Source: the human T2T-CHM13v2.0 reference genome, Homo sapiens. Taken from it: a stretch of 64,000 nucleotides of DNA. How positions within the stretch are numbered: the stretch's first letter is position 1; the number at the start of each line of letters is the position of its first letter. The position numbers and the translations under genes were made by a program. This document shows, piece by piece, positions 43,043 to 61,713 of the stretch. The notes beneath the pieces were generated by a model. It worked only from the letters and a program-made list of their open reading frames with translations. It had not been told where the DNA came from and did no database searches. Location of the stretch: assembly GCF_009914755.1 (NCBI RefSeq), contig NC_060945.1. One strand, written 5' to 3'.

Positions 43043-44124
43043 CTAAAGGCATCATCTGAAGGCTCCTAGAGTATAGAGAAGTTCAGAATAAGGACCCCAA
43101 ACTATTGCACATCCTGACACTAACTAGCTGTAGCTGTGCACCCTGGACAGGGAGAGATCTAAACAGCTAGTTATCTTACTTCACCGAAATCTACAACTAA
43201 AGATGTCTATCCACGTGTTATAGCTTTGGCTTCCCTAATCTAGATGTTCAATCTACTTTTCTGCAATTTGGCAAAGTAAAACACACATATACAGTAATGC
43301 ACAATGTCCTGATTGTTGGGGTTTATTATTTGTTTTGCATTTACGCTTCTTAGGTATGTAACATGCCAAAGTCATGGGAGCTGAGTCTTTTGAAACAGAG
43401 GCTTCTTTGGGTGCAAATATTAATTTTCTATGAAAAAAAGAGAAAGTACAAAGAAAAGAAAAAACAGCAGTAATACAGAAATGAATATCTTCCTTGTCTA
43501 GGACACAGTGTTTTTTTTAACCTAGATTTCTTTGAACACAGACTGACACAAAAATTAAATACTATTGCTCCATTGGAGAGGTGCAAACCTGGGGCGGTGA
43601 GAGTGAGGGGAAGCGAGTGAGATTGTCACTACACTAGCTTCTGGGGACATGGAGACAGCCAGTCACTGAGCCCCTGCCTTCCCTTGGCCATGCAGATGCC
43701 TCTGATAGGTTACACGGAAAAATTCTACCTCACAGCAGCCCATGGGGTGGAGGAAAAATAGGAACTTAGTTGCCTACATTCTTCCTGCATCCCCTTCCTC
43801 ATTGGTCAGAGTCACCCTGCATGTCTGGGTTGTCACCTGCTCCCAAGGTGACCACTCCAAAAGTCAGGTTCTACGCCCGGTGGTGGGGTGCTTCATCCAA
43901 GTACAGAAATGCCAAGAGGATCCGGAAACCTTTTGACCTGGTTGCTGAGTCACAGGAAAGAAGGGCCAGCCCTCCTGGGACAGGTAACAGGCTGGCCCTG
44001 AGCTGTGGAAGCCCTCACACCCAGAAGGAGTCAATCTGCTGGGGTGGCCACTGAGACCGAGCAGGAGCTGAGGGTCCTGGAGTAATAGATGGAGGCCCAT
44101 GAGATGTGTTCAGACACATAGTGT

Positions 44125-44489
44125 GTTTGTCAACTGCAATGTGTGTGTGCCCCCAAAATTCATGGGTTTAAATCCTTACCCCCAAGGTAGCAGTATGAGG
44201 AGGAGGGGCCTTTGGAAGGTGACTAGGTCATAAGGATGGAGGTCTCATGAATTGCATTAGTACCTTTACAAAAGGGACCCCAGGGAGATTCCCTCACCCT
44301 TTTGTCACAGTGTGAAGACCCAGCAAGAAGATGGACATCTATGAATCAGGAAGAGAGCCCTCACCAGAACCCAACCCTGCTACACTCTGATCTCAGACTT
44401 CCAGCCTTTAGAACTGTGAGAAATAAGTTTCTGTTGTTTATATGCCACTCAATGTATAGCACTTTGTTACAGCAGCCCAAGCTAAGACA
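44125..44489 (+). mobile_element. MLT1A0-like MaLR solo LTR
   Basis: ccccaaaattcatg...ggggcctttggaaggtga...gacttccagcctttagaactgtgagaaataagtttctgttgtt...gcagcccaagctaagaca. Confidence 0.9.
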
Positions 44490-44822
44490 GCCTATTATGT
44501 ATGAGCAGGTGGCTTTGAGATAATTGAGAAAACAGAGACTATAACTACAACCAGCCAGAGATGGGATCATTGCAAATGGGACTCGGGTTCACACAAGGTT
44601 TGTGACACACACACAAAAAAACATAAGGCAGATAAATCAGCAAGGGTAGCAGTCAGGAATTGACAGACGATTAATGGATTGAGGAAACAGAATAGATAAT
44701 TTAAAAGCAAACCTTTGTACACAAAAGAATTCAGGAGGTGATAAAAGTAACATTTTCATATCAGTTGGAAAGTAAGTTATTCAATAGCAACAGAACAATC
44801 ATTTATTGAGGAAAAATAACTA

Positions 44823-45908
44823 TTTCTTTCCTGGTTCAATCTTGGGGTGTTGTATGTTTCCATAAATTTATCCCTTTTTTTCTGGGTTTTCTAATTTTTG
44901 TGCACAGAAATGTTTTTTAATAGTCTCTGAGGTTTTTTTTTTATTTCTGTGGGTTCAGTGGTAATGTCCCCTTTGTCATTTCTGATTATGCTTATTTGGA
45001 TCTTCTCTCTTTTTTCTTTATCAGTCTAGCTAGTTGTCTATCAATCTTATTTATTCTTTCAAAAAACCAACTTTTATTTTTGTTGGTCTTTTGCATGGTT
45101 TTTTTGTATCTCAATTTCATTCAGTTCAGCCCCGATTTTGGTTATTTCTTTTCTTCTGCTAGCAGTAAGTTTGGTTTGCTCTTGTTTTTTCTAGTTCCTC
45201 CAGGTGTGACATTAGGCTGTTAATTTAAGATCTTTCCAACTTTTTGATATCAGTGTTTAGTGCTATAAACTTTCCTGTTAACATTGCTTTAACTGTATCC
45301 CAGAGATTCTGGTATGGTGTATCTTTGTTTTCATTTGTTTCAAATAATTTATTGATTTCTGTCTTAGTTTCATTGTTTACCCAAAAGTCATTCAGGAGCA
45401 GGTTGTTCAATTTCCATGATTTTGAGAGATATTCTTAGCATTGATTTTATTTTTACCGTGCTGTGGTCTGAAAGTACGGCTAGTATGATTTCAGGGTTTT
45501 TTTTCATTTGTTGCAAATTGTTTTATAGCCAAGTGCGTAGTCAATTTTGAAGTATGTGCCACGTGTAGGTGAAAAGAATGCATATTGTGTCGTTGTTGGG
45601 TGCAGTGTTCTGGAGATGTCTGTTAGGTCCATTTGGTCAAGTGTCAAGTTTAGGTCTCAAATATGTTAAGTTAGTTTTCTGCCTTGATGATCTATCTAAT
45701 ACTGTCAGTGAGATGTTGAAATCTCCCACTATTATTGTATGGTTATCTAAGTCTCTCACTAGGTCCCTAAAATTTGATTTATGAATCTGAGTGCTCCAGC
45801 ATTGGGTGCATACATATCTAGAACAGTTAAGTCTTCTTGTTGAATTGGACCCTTTATCATTATATAATGCCCTTCTTTGTCTTTTTTGATCATTGTTGGT
45901 TTAAAGTC
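44823..45908 (-). mobile_element. Inverted 5' segment of an L1PA15/16-like element (ORF2 endonuclease/tether region)
   Basis: Antisense ORF2 ([13 protein letters not shown]..., YQNLWDT); its left end encodes ...PRLNQE, directly upstream in L1 of the + segment's start. Confidence 0.9.
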
Positions 45909-50120
<4,212 letters not shown>

Positions 50121-50299
50121 TTAGATTGTTGTTCACAGTGACATCAAGATTTGTCATGGGAGAAAAAATGAAGAAGATTATTATTTTGTAGTCACCCAAG
50201 GAGAGAAGAAGTCACATCTCTGGAGATAGGAGGAGATAGGGCATATGAGCCAATCACATTTCTGCAGCCTTTTGTGGATACAAAAGGGGTGGGCCAAGC

Positions 50300-50685
50300 C
50301 TTTCCAATATCCCTTTTCCTCCTTGGTACCCAGACAGACTATATTTACCAGCCTCCTTTGCAGCCAGGTGTGGTCATGTGACTCATTCCTGGTCAATGAA
50401 AGGTAGATGGAAGCCTGGCCTAGGAAACAGGTCTACATGCAATCTTCCATTCTTCTCCCACCCACTGGCTGAAAAGAAAGGCTTCTGAGGACACAGAGTG
50501 GGGGGAAGGCTAGGTAGAGGCTGGATGGGAAGAAAGCGGGGTTCTCTTGCTCCTCTCATCAGAGAGCTACTGAGGAGACCCACCGCACCCAGACCCCCAT
50601 ACTGGACTGTTACAGGAGTGAGAAATAAACTTTGTTTAGACCACTGAAATTTGAGAGTTAGAGCTATTAGCCTACCCTGATTAAC
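50300..50685 (+). mobile_element. MLT1J-like MaLR LTR
   Basis: atttaccagcctcctttgcagccaggtgtggtcatgtgact...gagtgagaaataaactttgtttagaccactgaaattt. Confidence 0.75.
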
Positions 50686-53154
50686 GCTGGGGTAGCCCCT
50701 CACATCTGCCCAGCACCCTCAGCAGAGCCTAACCCAATCATCCAAGGTTACCCAATAGAGAACTCAGGCTTCCACTAGAGTAGCCGTCACATAGAGTTAC
50801 TGGGTCTTCCAGGTTCTGCCACCTCCACCGTGTTTTGTGGGACTCTCCACTGAACTCACAAAGCACATGTATTCAGCTACTCCAAAGCTATGTGTACTCA
50901 GGAAGAGAAAGTTCTAAATGTTTCTGTGACCTTGTGCCACTGATATCATGGGTTCTATCCTTCAGAGTGCTAAGAAAAGTGTTAAATCTCCAGAATAGCT
51001 TTGGAAAAGTGGAGAAATTTGAGACTTTCTCTATTTTTAGTTGCTAATATGCATTCCTGAAAAGTTTATTTAAAGCCACAAGGAAATATTTCCATATTGA
51101 ATTTCAATATTGCAATATACTATTTTAGAATAAAATGGAAAGATCCAGGACATAGAGCAGCTGAGAAGCTACACAGTTGGCCCCTGGGCTTCACTCAGAC
51201 AGTGCTTCTCTAGGCTGCAAGTCATAAGTCTTTGTGTCACCCACTTTTAGAAGACATCCCCCGGACTTCTGGGACCAACCTGAGGTTTGTAGGAATCTCT
51301 GAGGATCAATGATCAAACATATATTAGCTTGAAAAAAAACTAATATATGTGTATGTTTTTTTAAAAGGTTAAGTTTTTAACAATTTAGACGTCTTGGCAT
51401 TATACTCTGAGAACGTTAACCAATGAGAATAAGAGTGACAATTTAGATGTAAAACCTCTTAAAGGTAAAGATAAAATCCTAACCACATGGGGAAAACCAT
51501 GTGTTCTGTGGATGATTTCCCTGGATTTCTCAAAAGACTCTTAGAATGTTCTGGGTATGACTTTGGGGGCATCTGTTCTATGAAGATGGGCACCCCAGCA
51601 TCACCTGCATATTAACCCTTCTTCTTGCTCCTAAAGATGCAGAATTAGCTGAGATTAGGAAGATGTACAAAGTGTTCTCCCTGCACTTCAACTAATGAAC
51701 AAAACTTTTTAAAAATTACTTATGATTTGGAACTATTTTATCATTTTATATATCCTATGGCAACTGGCATTTTATATTTAATTTTATCATCTTTTGCTTT
51801 TTTTCTTTGATCTAAATCAGGATGCTAAGTTTTGGGGGGTCCTACAGTTTTGGCAGAGACCTCATTCTAAAAAAGAGGTACCAGACTATTAAGGCAGAAT
51901 CTGCTGAGGGTGGCCCCAAACCTGGTCTGGTGAACCTCACTCAACTCATCATTGATTTCAAGGGCACAGAAGAGGCAAGGAGATGACAGCAGGAGAAATG
52001 GACATGTACCATGGAGAAAGGGGACCAACCACACCTTCTGTCCAAACTGAGATTTCCCAGCCTGAAACAGGTCAACACTGGGGTTAGCAAGAAACTTTAA
52101 ACTGAATAGGAGATTAAAGTAATAAGAAGATGAGTACTATTATTGTTACAAATTATATTGGTAATAGTTTTAAGTTTCATTCTTTAAGACAGGGTGAATC
52201 ACAGTCCCTTCTCTCAAGGTCCTTGTCAGCATTCTACTTTTCCAAGGACATTCAAAAATTTCTCATCCAAAGTCAAACATTAGTGTGTGTGCCTCAAACA
52301 AGAAATAGTTTTCCATCAGTCTCCAAATCCTTGAATAGTAAATGGCAAAAGTATGGAAATGCAAGATGGAGTGGGGCTTAATGTTGCCACAACATTCCTA
52401 CAATACTGGGATAGTCTTCCTTGGGAATTACTTTCTTTCCTATCACGTATCAATAAGGAAAGCCAAATGTAGAAATAAAGAAATCTCCCCGATTTACTTA
52501 ACACACGGAGGTGACAGTTACAGCGCAAATTGAGGGAAGAGTAAATGATTTCAACAAATGAACCAAAAACACTTAAAAGCCACATTTAAGAGAAATGGAG
52601 TCATAAAGGCAATATTTGTGAGCAGATAAAAAATCAGCACAGAAAAAGGTGAGAAATACACAATGTCTTTCATCAAGGTGCAAGGAAATGTAAAATAACA
52701 TTAAAAGTACCAACTACATAATTTGAATATAAAGAGAACAATAGCAAGAAAGGAGAGGGGAAGTGATGGCGATATGGAGACACAGTCTCTTTTGCATGCA
52801 CAGGGCAGAACCGGTGCCTCAGGCTGGAGGGTGTCTGTGAGTACCCCACAATGAAGGCAAAAGAGCACCCAGCATTGAAGCCACAGACCTTGCTCCATGA
52901 ATCCTAGCTGATGGGCTGGCACAGAGAGATCAGGAGCAGAACAAGGAAATCCATAGGAGGATCCTCCCAAAGTACTTTTTTTTCTGGTCCAAAAATCCTT
53001 AAATCTGTCAGAAGCAGGAGGTTGGAGTGGGAGAATTGCAGAGCCTGGAACACACCTGCCTGCTGATGACCCATTCTGAGGGGGTTCTTTCCACTTGGCA
53101 GCAATGGACTTGGTAAAAAAAATAATAGATCCTTCTCCATGGATCCCATTTCCC

Positions 53155-53197
53155 TTTTTTTTTTTTTTTTTTTTTTTTTTGAGATGGAGCCCCAGGC
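53155..53197 (-). mobile_element. Poly-T (26) plus ~17-nt Alu 3'-end stub
   Basis: T26-gagatggag-ccccaggc resembles the antisense Alu terminus with an internal gap. Confidence 0.55.
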
Positions 53198-53457
53198 AGA
53201 ATTAAAGACCAACTCTGGGACCCAAATTTTTAGAGGACAAAGGTTGATATAATGGCCAGCACGATTTAGTCATTTAGATTTCAGGTCTAACTAACTGATG
53301 ACAGACTTTAACAAAATCACTGAAAGAAATTTAACGTCAACCTTAAATAACAGTAGAGGCAGGTAATATAACAAATAGAGTCAAAATGGTTTATCTAAAG
53401 GTCTAAGCCCAAGAAACATCCAACAATAAAATTAATCTAAAACAAATTTTTTAATAA

Positions 53458-53799
<342 letters not shown>

Positions 53800-54049
53800 T
53801 GACAGTAGTGGGACTGTCCAACAGCAAATGACCCCATCTAAGCACTCAGGACAGAAGCCATTTTAGGTCATGAAAATTATACAGATTTTGTGAGTGAAGG
53901 GCATTTAGTTCTGAGCAGAAAGTAGTCTTGCAAAAGGGAAATTTGCAACAACAACAAAAAAGGACAAGGAGGGTGACAATGTCAAGCAAATGATAACCCT
54001 GCTGGAGCTTCAGAAGGAACCAGCTACATCCCTTTCCTGCTTCTACAGA

Positions 54050-54431
54050 TGCTATGGCAGCCCCAGAGGCGTCCCACTAGGATCTCCCTTCAAGAAAGAA
54101 TCTAGCATGCATCTGAACAACCTCCAGCTGTTCACACCTCAGGCCCTGCCTCATCCCAGACAGCCCTGAGCCAATCACTGACACAGCAGGGTACTAGAGC
54201 CTGGTCATTTCTGCCCAACCCGGGGCCCCTCCAAAGGCAAGCTCTGCTCCAGACCTCCCCGTTGGGTTGGTCAAACTATCAAATCTGTACCTGGTCTGAG
54301 GCTCTCCCTGCCCAGTCTTGCTTCATCCTCATTTTATCCTTCACAGGCACAGCCCCCTTCCCCCTCCAATAAAACACTAACATTCCTAATTCCGTCTCAA
54401 CATCTGCTTCCCAGGGAACCTAACTAACACA
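54050..54431 (+). mobile_element. LTR16-like ERVL solo LTR
   Basis: gatctcccttcaagaaag...ccaatcactg...ccaataaaac...ccgtctcaacatctgcttcccagggaacctaactaaca. Confidence 0.75.
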
Positions 54432-56189
54432 ATACTCCTAAAACCAATACCAGCAAAAAGTGACTTTCCAAGCCCCTACATGAAGACTCATTTTCTGGAA
54501 AATAAAATTTAATATAATTCCAATTACCCATGACGCTATTTAGCCATTTCAAAGGAAATGAGAAAGCTTCCCAAATTGTGGTCCTCATGGAGTGAACTGA
54601 TCATCAAATGTTGCTGTTTACATGAGGGCACACAATAATTAGGGTTGTATGTAACATGCTACTTTCAGATTTTCAGGTAAGTCTAAATGCTTTTAATTGA
54701 TGCAAGAATAATAAGTCCTTCAGTTGATTTATGTCATGCATTAATATCAATCAAAAGGTTTTCTAACACATACTTTTTAATACTATAAAATGTGGGGTTT
54801 TTTTTAATGTCTTTTTTTTCTTATTCAGAGCCACATTTCTTCACATGGTATGTTTTACCTAACCTAAGGGTTATGTTGTTCGTTTGTTTTTAATTTCAGG
54901 TTTGAGGAATCAAGTAACAGGTCTTTCTAAATCCTTTTATTGGATATATGTTAGTTTTCCATTATCATAAAAGACTGAGGAACAGGAACAGCAGCATATT
55001 GTTTAAATGATTCACAGGTAAAAATATCTTCTCCCTCTTGGTCTGTTTTCTTTCCTGATGTCTTTGCTCATTGCCAACATTGTCTATTTTATATATAATT
55101 CTTGCAGGACATTGTGCCCTGAAGGTGAAGTTGGACAGGTAAGGAGATGACCCAACACCCCTTGTCACACCTGCAGGCTCTAGGTCACTTTTGTAACACA
55201 CAATGAAATGGGTAAATTCTACACAATCCTTTTTTTTTTTTTTTCAAACAATAACAGAAAGTAAATATTTGAACTGGGGGCTTTTTCAAACAACACAAGT
55301 CAGAAAAAATTGACTTGTTTTTGACTGTTACTTTAGGCATATATTTTTGATTAATGACAATTAAATGTAAATATAAAGATATTTTAAACTTGAGGTTTTA
55401 AAACAAAGAATGCAAGAATCACCTGGTTAAAGTTAGATATTTTGTCAGTCTCAAAGTCAGTTGGCTGGATAATACCATATCATAAAATTTTATAAGACTA
55501 ATTTGAAGGTCCATATGAATTGGTATTATTGTTCATTTTTCAATATTGATCTTAGCAGTGTATTTACAGCATACAGCAGAGTTAATGTTTAATACAAACA
55601 AACAAGACTTTCCAGAAAATCTACAAAGAATCACTAACTAATAGCCATGCTTCAGTTAAATTTGTTTACTTTTTAAAGTACATTCTCAGAAGTAACATGT
55701 ACTCTCAATTAAGCAAAACACAACCAGAATTTTGGAATTTGATCTTTAAAATAATAAAAAAACTTTCTCTGCTATTTACAGCCTTGGTTAAAATCCCAAC
55801 ATCTGGATACCAGAATCTGAGCAGCAAAATCCACGGAGACACATGTGCAATTTTATGCCTGCAAGCTCACTATTATTTAGAACGAAACCAACGTAGTGCA
55901 TCTACCCTTGTTTCTTGCTACACAGAATGTATCCAGAGTACAAACTAATGTAGATTATTATAAAACTCAGTGTGTAGATATTATATATATATACACATGC
56001 ATACATACACGCACATATATAACTAAAACAAAATCTTCAAAAATAATACTTTTTCTTTCTGTATGTGATGTGCCCTGATAGTTTCCACTTTACTCCATCC
56101 CATTTCCTTTTGTTAATACTGGCCTTGACTCACTTAGACAAATGGGTCATGACCTGTAGTTTGGAAAACAGGGCTTTCCAGCCTGGCTT

Positions 56190-56345
56190 TAAAGAGGCTG
56201 GTCCTCAGGCCAGCAGAACCAGCAGCACCTGGGGGTAGTTTGTGGCGCACAATCTCAAGGCCTGCCCTAGACCTACTGAACTAGGATCTGCTCTTAGCAA
56301 GGTCCCCAGGTGACTTATGGATGTATTAAAGTTTGAGAAGCCGTC
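56190..56345. mobile_element. MER5A1-like hAT-Charlie
   Basis: cagcagcacctggg...ccctagacctactgaa...caaggtccccaggtgact...aaagtttgagaagc. Confidence 0.75.
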
Positions 56346-56727
56346 CTCCTGCATGCAAAAGTACAGAATGAGTATCTGTGATCTGAACTACATTTAAATC
56401 GATAATGCACCTCTTAAACTGTCTTTGTTCAAAGAACTTCTATCCTACTGAGCTCAAGGAGCAACACAGTTTCTAGCAAGATAGGTGCAAAGAAAAATTC
56501 ACTTTCAATTTCATCAACTGCTTCAAGAGGTTGCAGGGACTGGCTGACCTGGTATCCCAGCTCCTGCAGGACCGAGAGTGTGGGAGGTGGGTTGAGGGGA
56601 GGTACTGAATTGACTGCAATAGATCCATGAGCATATAAAAGTGTGCGTGTTTGTTCTTATTCCTGGGAGAAAATATATAGTATTCACCTAATTTTAAAAG
56701 AGTTTTATGGTTTAAAAAGTTAAGAAG

Positions 56728-57248
56728 AGCTACTAAGCCATGAAAAGACGAGGAGGAAGCTTAAATGCACATTACTATACCAGATAAGAAAATCTGAAAA
56801 GGCTACATAGTGTATGATTCCAACCATATGACAGTCTGGAAATGGCAAAACTATGGAGATGTAAAAAGATCAGTGGTTGTCAGGGCCTAGGAGGTCGGGA
56901 GGGATGAACAGACACAGCTCAGTGAATTTGAGGGGCAGTGAAACTAATCTGTATGATATTATAATGGTGGATCCGTGTCATCACCTGTTTGTCCAAACCC
57001 ACAGAACATATAACACCAAGGGTATACGGTGTTTATATTAAAGTATAACCCTAATGAGAACTCTGGACTTTGGGTGATAATGATGTGTTGATGTAGGTTC
57101 AGCCCTTGTTACACGTCAGCCACCCATGTGGGAAAATGTTGATAGTGGTGGAAGCTATGTATGTATAGGGGCAGGAATTATATGAGAACACTTGTGGTAT
57201 ATGCTCAAGTCTGTTGTGAACCTAAAACTGCTCTAAAAAATAAAGTCT
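56728..57248 (+). mobile_element. L1MC (MC1/2-like) 3'UTR
   Basis: aagccatgaaaagac...ctggaaatggcaaaactatggag...gactttgggtgataatgatgtg...cctaaaactgctctaaaaaataaagtct. Confidence 0.85.
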
Positions 57249-58309
57249 GTAGGTATCTATGAAAGCGCAGACACATGGTCCGTGAGAGCACGTCCTCTCT
57301 GCTATAAATTGGTTGTATGGTTACAATCATACCTAGAAAGGAGAGAAAATAAAGAGTAAGTGAATACCGACATGTTCAATTCTGCCCCAGAATACAACAA
57401 AGTCCCTGAATCACTCTTGTTTCATTGTTGCCATTGCTTATTCAATTCAGTCAACTCGTATATGTGAAGCATGTGCTACATACATAACGTATAATGCAGG
57501 ATGCAAAAATGATTATGTGATCACTTCAAGTAATTTATAATCTAGCAAACATATAAAACAGGCACACAGATAATCCTTACATAGTAAATGCCTCCTTTTT
57601 CCCCAAAATGGCAAGGAGACAAATAGCAAGGATCCGAGGACAGAGAGGCAAAATTCAGAAGGCCAGAAAGGCATGGAGCCAGAAATCCAATTCACTCGCG
57701 AGTAAGGTATCGGGAGAGAGTGGTGTACAACGTGACAGGGACACCTGTTGCTCCCAATTGTAATCTTTTCTGATTGGTTTATGCCCCTTTCCAATTACTG
57801 TGTCCATGCTAATTATCAACTATTTTTATTATCAACCCTGCAGAGGGGACTAAGAGAAAAAAAAAAACTGCTGCAAAGTGATGCTGTGTTCATTTTGCAC
57901 AGAACCCAGAAATCCTGATGAAGGAAACTGAATTGGATGCCACAAGCCTTATCTCCTGTGAATGCTGAATGACTTTGTCGGTGGGTTTTACGATAAGATG
58001 TACTTTCTTTTATATCTATTAAACAAGCTATACAGAATACTGGTAAATACACAGAAGTAAAAAGAAGAATAAAATAGATAAAATTTTCTAAGTTAAAAGC
58101 TAAGGGAAAAATAAAAAGAATTATCAATTGATGTGATCAAAGAAAAATGTTTATCTCATGGGGTGTTGGAAAAGGAACATCATAAAAATTAATAGGTAGA
58201 ATAATCATCAAAAACAATCTGCACAACAAATATGACATAGCTGAGGGGAACTATCATTAAAATATAATGTATACAAATTGCTGAGAAACTCACTACACCT
58301 TCTAAATCA

Positions 58310-59670
58310 TGTCAAAAGAGTTGTTTGCATATAAGCTGTCTGCACTTCTTCTCTCTCTCTCTTTTTTTTTGTTCATATTCACTGCAAGGTGGCTTTTGTC
58401 CACCCATGCAAATCACTCATATGAAGGTCACAATGATGTCCAGGTGGCCAAAGCCTGTGGCTAATCCTCAGTCCTCATCTCACCGAGACAGCAGTTTCTT
58501 AGCCCTTCTCCTACCTCCACTGGCTTCTCTTCTCAGCTCCTCTGTAGTTCCCCCTCCTCTTTCCAACCTGTAGGCATTGGAGGGGCCCAAAGCTCAACCC
58601 TAATGCTCTTCTGCATCTTGGTCCCTAGGTGATCTCACCTAGTCACCCAGCCTCAGATAGCCTTAGGCTTAGGAATCACAAATATATCTCTCACATGACC
58701 TCTAGACTCATATCAACCTCTCAACATCACAATTTGGATATCCAACAGGCATCTCCAACTCAACACAGCCAAACCCCACTTTTGACTTCCTGCTCATTGC
58801 AACTGTCCCCTCTTGCAGATGTCCCTTTTAGAGTAGGTGGCACCATCATATACCCAGTTACAAACAAAATCTTTAAAGTCATCCTTGACTCTCCTACACT
58901 GCATATCTAATCCATCAGCAAATGCTGTCTTTTCCACCTTCAAAGTAGATCCCCAGTCTGATCATTTCTCACTACCTCCCCTTTCGCTGCCTGGTGCCTG
59001 GCAATGGCCTCCTAATTGGTCTTCCCTGTTTCAACTCTTGGTCCCCCTCTAGACTGTTCCCCACACAACAGCCAACATGGTTCTTTTAGAACTTCAACCA
59101 ATGTAAATTATACTTCAAGAAAGCTTTAAAAAATTCAATCAGATCACATCTGCTATGAACCTTCCAATGGTTCTCCTCCCGCAGTGTGCCAAATAAAATG
59201 GAAATGCCCTTATCCTTGCTTAACAGAAGTCTACAACACAGCCTCACCAGCATGCCTCCAACTCACATCCTGCAGCTTTAACCTCACTCCACACCAGCCC
59301 CCAGTCTCCTTGCCGTTACTTGAAAGTGCCAGGAGAGCTCCTGCCAAAGGGCCTTTGCACATGCTGTTCCCTCTCTCTGCAATACTCTTCCCCGTGTGAT
59401 CATACGGCTCATGCTCCCACTCCCTTCGGGTCTCAGCTTGAATGTCACCTCCTCCCTATGACCTTCCCTAACCTTTCGTGTAAAATTCTACCTCTCCCTT
59501 CCTCAGTCTCTTGCTTCTCCTGCTTTGTTCTGGAGAATACCAACCAGCACCACCTGATTTGTAACTATTCCCTTGAGCACATTCTATCTCAGCCACGGGA
59601 ATGGAAGCTTCATGCAGGCGGGGACATCATCTGTTCAGTTCATGCTGTAGCCCAGCAATTCTGAATGATT
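58310..59670 (+). mobile_element. L2a 3' region
   Basis: gcctcctaattggtcttccctg, agggcctttgcacatgctgttccctct, ttgaatgtcacctcctc, aagcttcatgcaggcgggga. Confidence 0.8.
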
Positions 59671-60584
59671 AGATTGAAATTGGATCCAAAAATATCACAA
59701 ATGAGATAACGTAACTTGTTGATAAGTGTGTAAAGAGTATGAAGAGATGATCAAGCTCACAAGTTTCCAAGTGCTAACATCTATAAAACTCCATTGTCAC
59801 CCATCAAATCAGCAAAGATTAAAAACCACAATAGAATGTGATAAAATAGTGCTCTCAGATACTTCCTGGAGAAGTATAGATGGGCAGAATTGGGTGATCT
59901 GGTATCAATGATCATTCTTTCATACCAATACACCATGGGATTTTGCAATCAGAAGGTAAAGAAGACACAGAAGGAAAAGAAGGTGAAGATTAAACCAGCA
60001 AAAACCCATAATAAGTAGGACTTCTTCCTATTCATTAGTAAGAAAGAGTTGGGTGTCCCCATGGGAAAATGCTAATTTAGTGTCCTGAACCACTGTACCC
60101 TCCAATTCCTGCTTCCCCCACAACAGTGGCCCCACACTGAGTCCTACAACGAGGATAATGATCCTCAACCCCCAATTGCACAGACAGGGCTAAGTCAGAG
60201 ACAGTGATGCCAACCTTGCTGATGTCTCTAAAACACTCAACTACTGGGGGCTAACCCTAAGAAAAATTATTGACTCCGATTCCTAAGTTAATTTCCTATA
60301 AGGTGGAAGAAGCAACAAGTGTCACTTCTCTTCTGGGCTCTATGACACCAAATAGTGGAGCCGAAGAGACTTGCTGATGTTTTGAAACCCAAGGCCAAAT
60401 AATGCTCTCTAAACCCTTAGAGGTGTGACTAGGATATTCACAGAAGCCACGCAAAAGACAGCAGCCTTCAATGAAGAAACAAAGAAACAAAAAACATGGT
60501 TCCTTTTATAAATATTTATCGATTATCTAAGGCTAGGTTAATTGTTGATAACTATCAATTATCTGAGCAAGATACGCAGAAACA

Positions 60585-60690
60585 CTTCAGGTGCTTGAAC
60601 TGCAGCATCCTGGGCTCCAACCCAAACTTACTGGAGAAGAAGCTTTAGATACCAGGAATCTGCATTTTAACCAACTCCTCAGGGAAACTG
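60585..60690. mobile_element. MER5-like fragment
   Basis: tgcagcatcctgggctccaaccc...ccaggaatctgcattttaacc. Confidence 0.55.
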
Positions 60691-61465
60691 CCCCAGAGGG
60701 GGTCTAGGCTAACCATGCGCAACTTCCACCCATTCTCCTGGGAAGTGATTGTGAATCTCCTCCAAACCCCTCTTACACTTCCTGATTAAGTTGGTGCCCC
60801 CTACTGAATGTCAGCCTCACTGAATCTTAACGAGGAATCGCCAGACTGGGGGGGGGATTGTGCAGCATGTCTGGGGAACACTTCACTACTTCACTAAACC
60901 CTGCTGCACACATGCTGAACACCGTTCCAAAGGCTACAGGAACTGAGCACCGCATTGGAATCTGGCCCTGGAGGGTGCCCAGCATGGCGACCCTGAGGGG
61001 TGCAGGAACCCAGTGAGAAGGAGAAACAGAAGGTACAGTCCAGCTCGAGACCACGCACATAAAGAAATCTGTAGGCAGGGTCTCTATTATTGTGCCATAT
61101 TAAATATCTTGATATTTTAAAGCAATATTATTTTTCTGATTATAAAAGTACTCATTGTAGAAATTTTAATTGTGCCATCATCCTGCAGAAAAATGAAAGT
61201 ACAAAAAATGAAAAAGCAGCTATACACGGCCACAAAGTCACAGGGCTCATCGGGATGTGCTAACCAGGCTGGAAACTGATCAAAGCTGATTTATTGAGAA
61301 AAAATAGGCAGCATATCAAAGACTTACATCAGCTTCATAGTAGACAGACTTTGGGGGCGGGGGAACTCTGTCTCTTTTGAGTATATTCTCAAAAGGATAA
61401 ACTTTCACCTTCCTGTGAAGCACAGTTACTATAAATCAGATTTGCAAACTGTGAGAAATGCTTAC

Positions 61466-61713
61466 AACTCAATGAGTCTTTTGTCAGCCAGTGGGGGCTC
61501 CATCGTGAAATCCACCCTTCGCCATAGCGATGGGATAAATCATCACCAGCCCCGAGACATCGCCTAATCCCTTCCTCGCAAGGCAGATTCGGGCGCTTTC
61601 TGCATCTGCTTCGTGTTATTGAAAAGAGCTCGGCTCATCTGCTGGGCTCTCAGGCTTCACAGTGACCTCGCACAGAACGCTGCTACTTCTGAAACTGTTT
61701 TAGACTCTTCCGT
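61466..61713 (-). other. Candidate 248-nt non-coding exon in a CpG-retaining unique segment
   Basis: Minus strand cttaaactctgtgtctgtttcatag|ACGG...GAGTT|gtaagc; stops in all three frames; about 17 CpGs in 61500-61800. Confidence 0.3.

Noticed and set aside
55108-55138. Plus-strand 31-nt exon-like segment (ttcttgcag|...|gtaagg)
   Set aside because: Isolated, frame-shifting, opposite to the inferred host strand and no recognisable peptide
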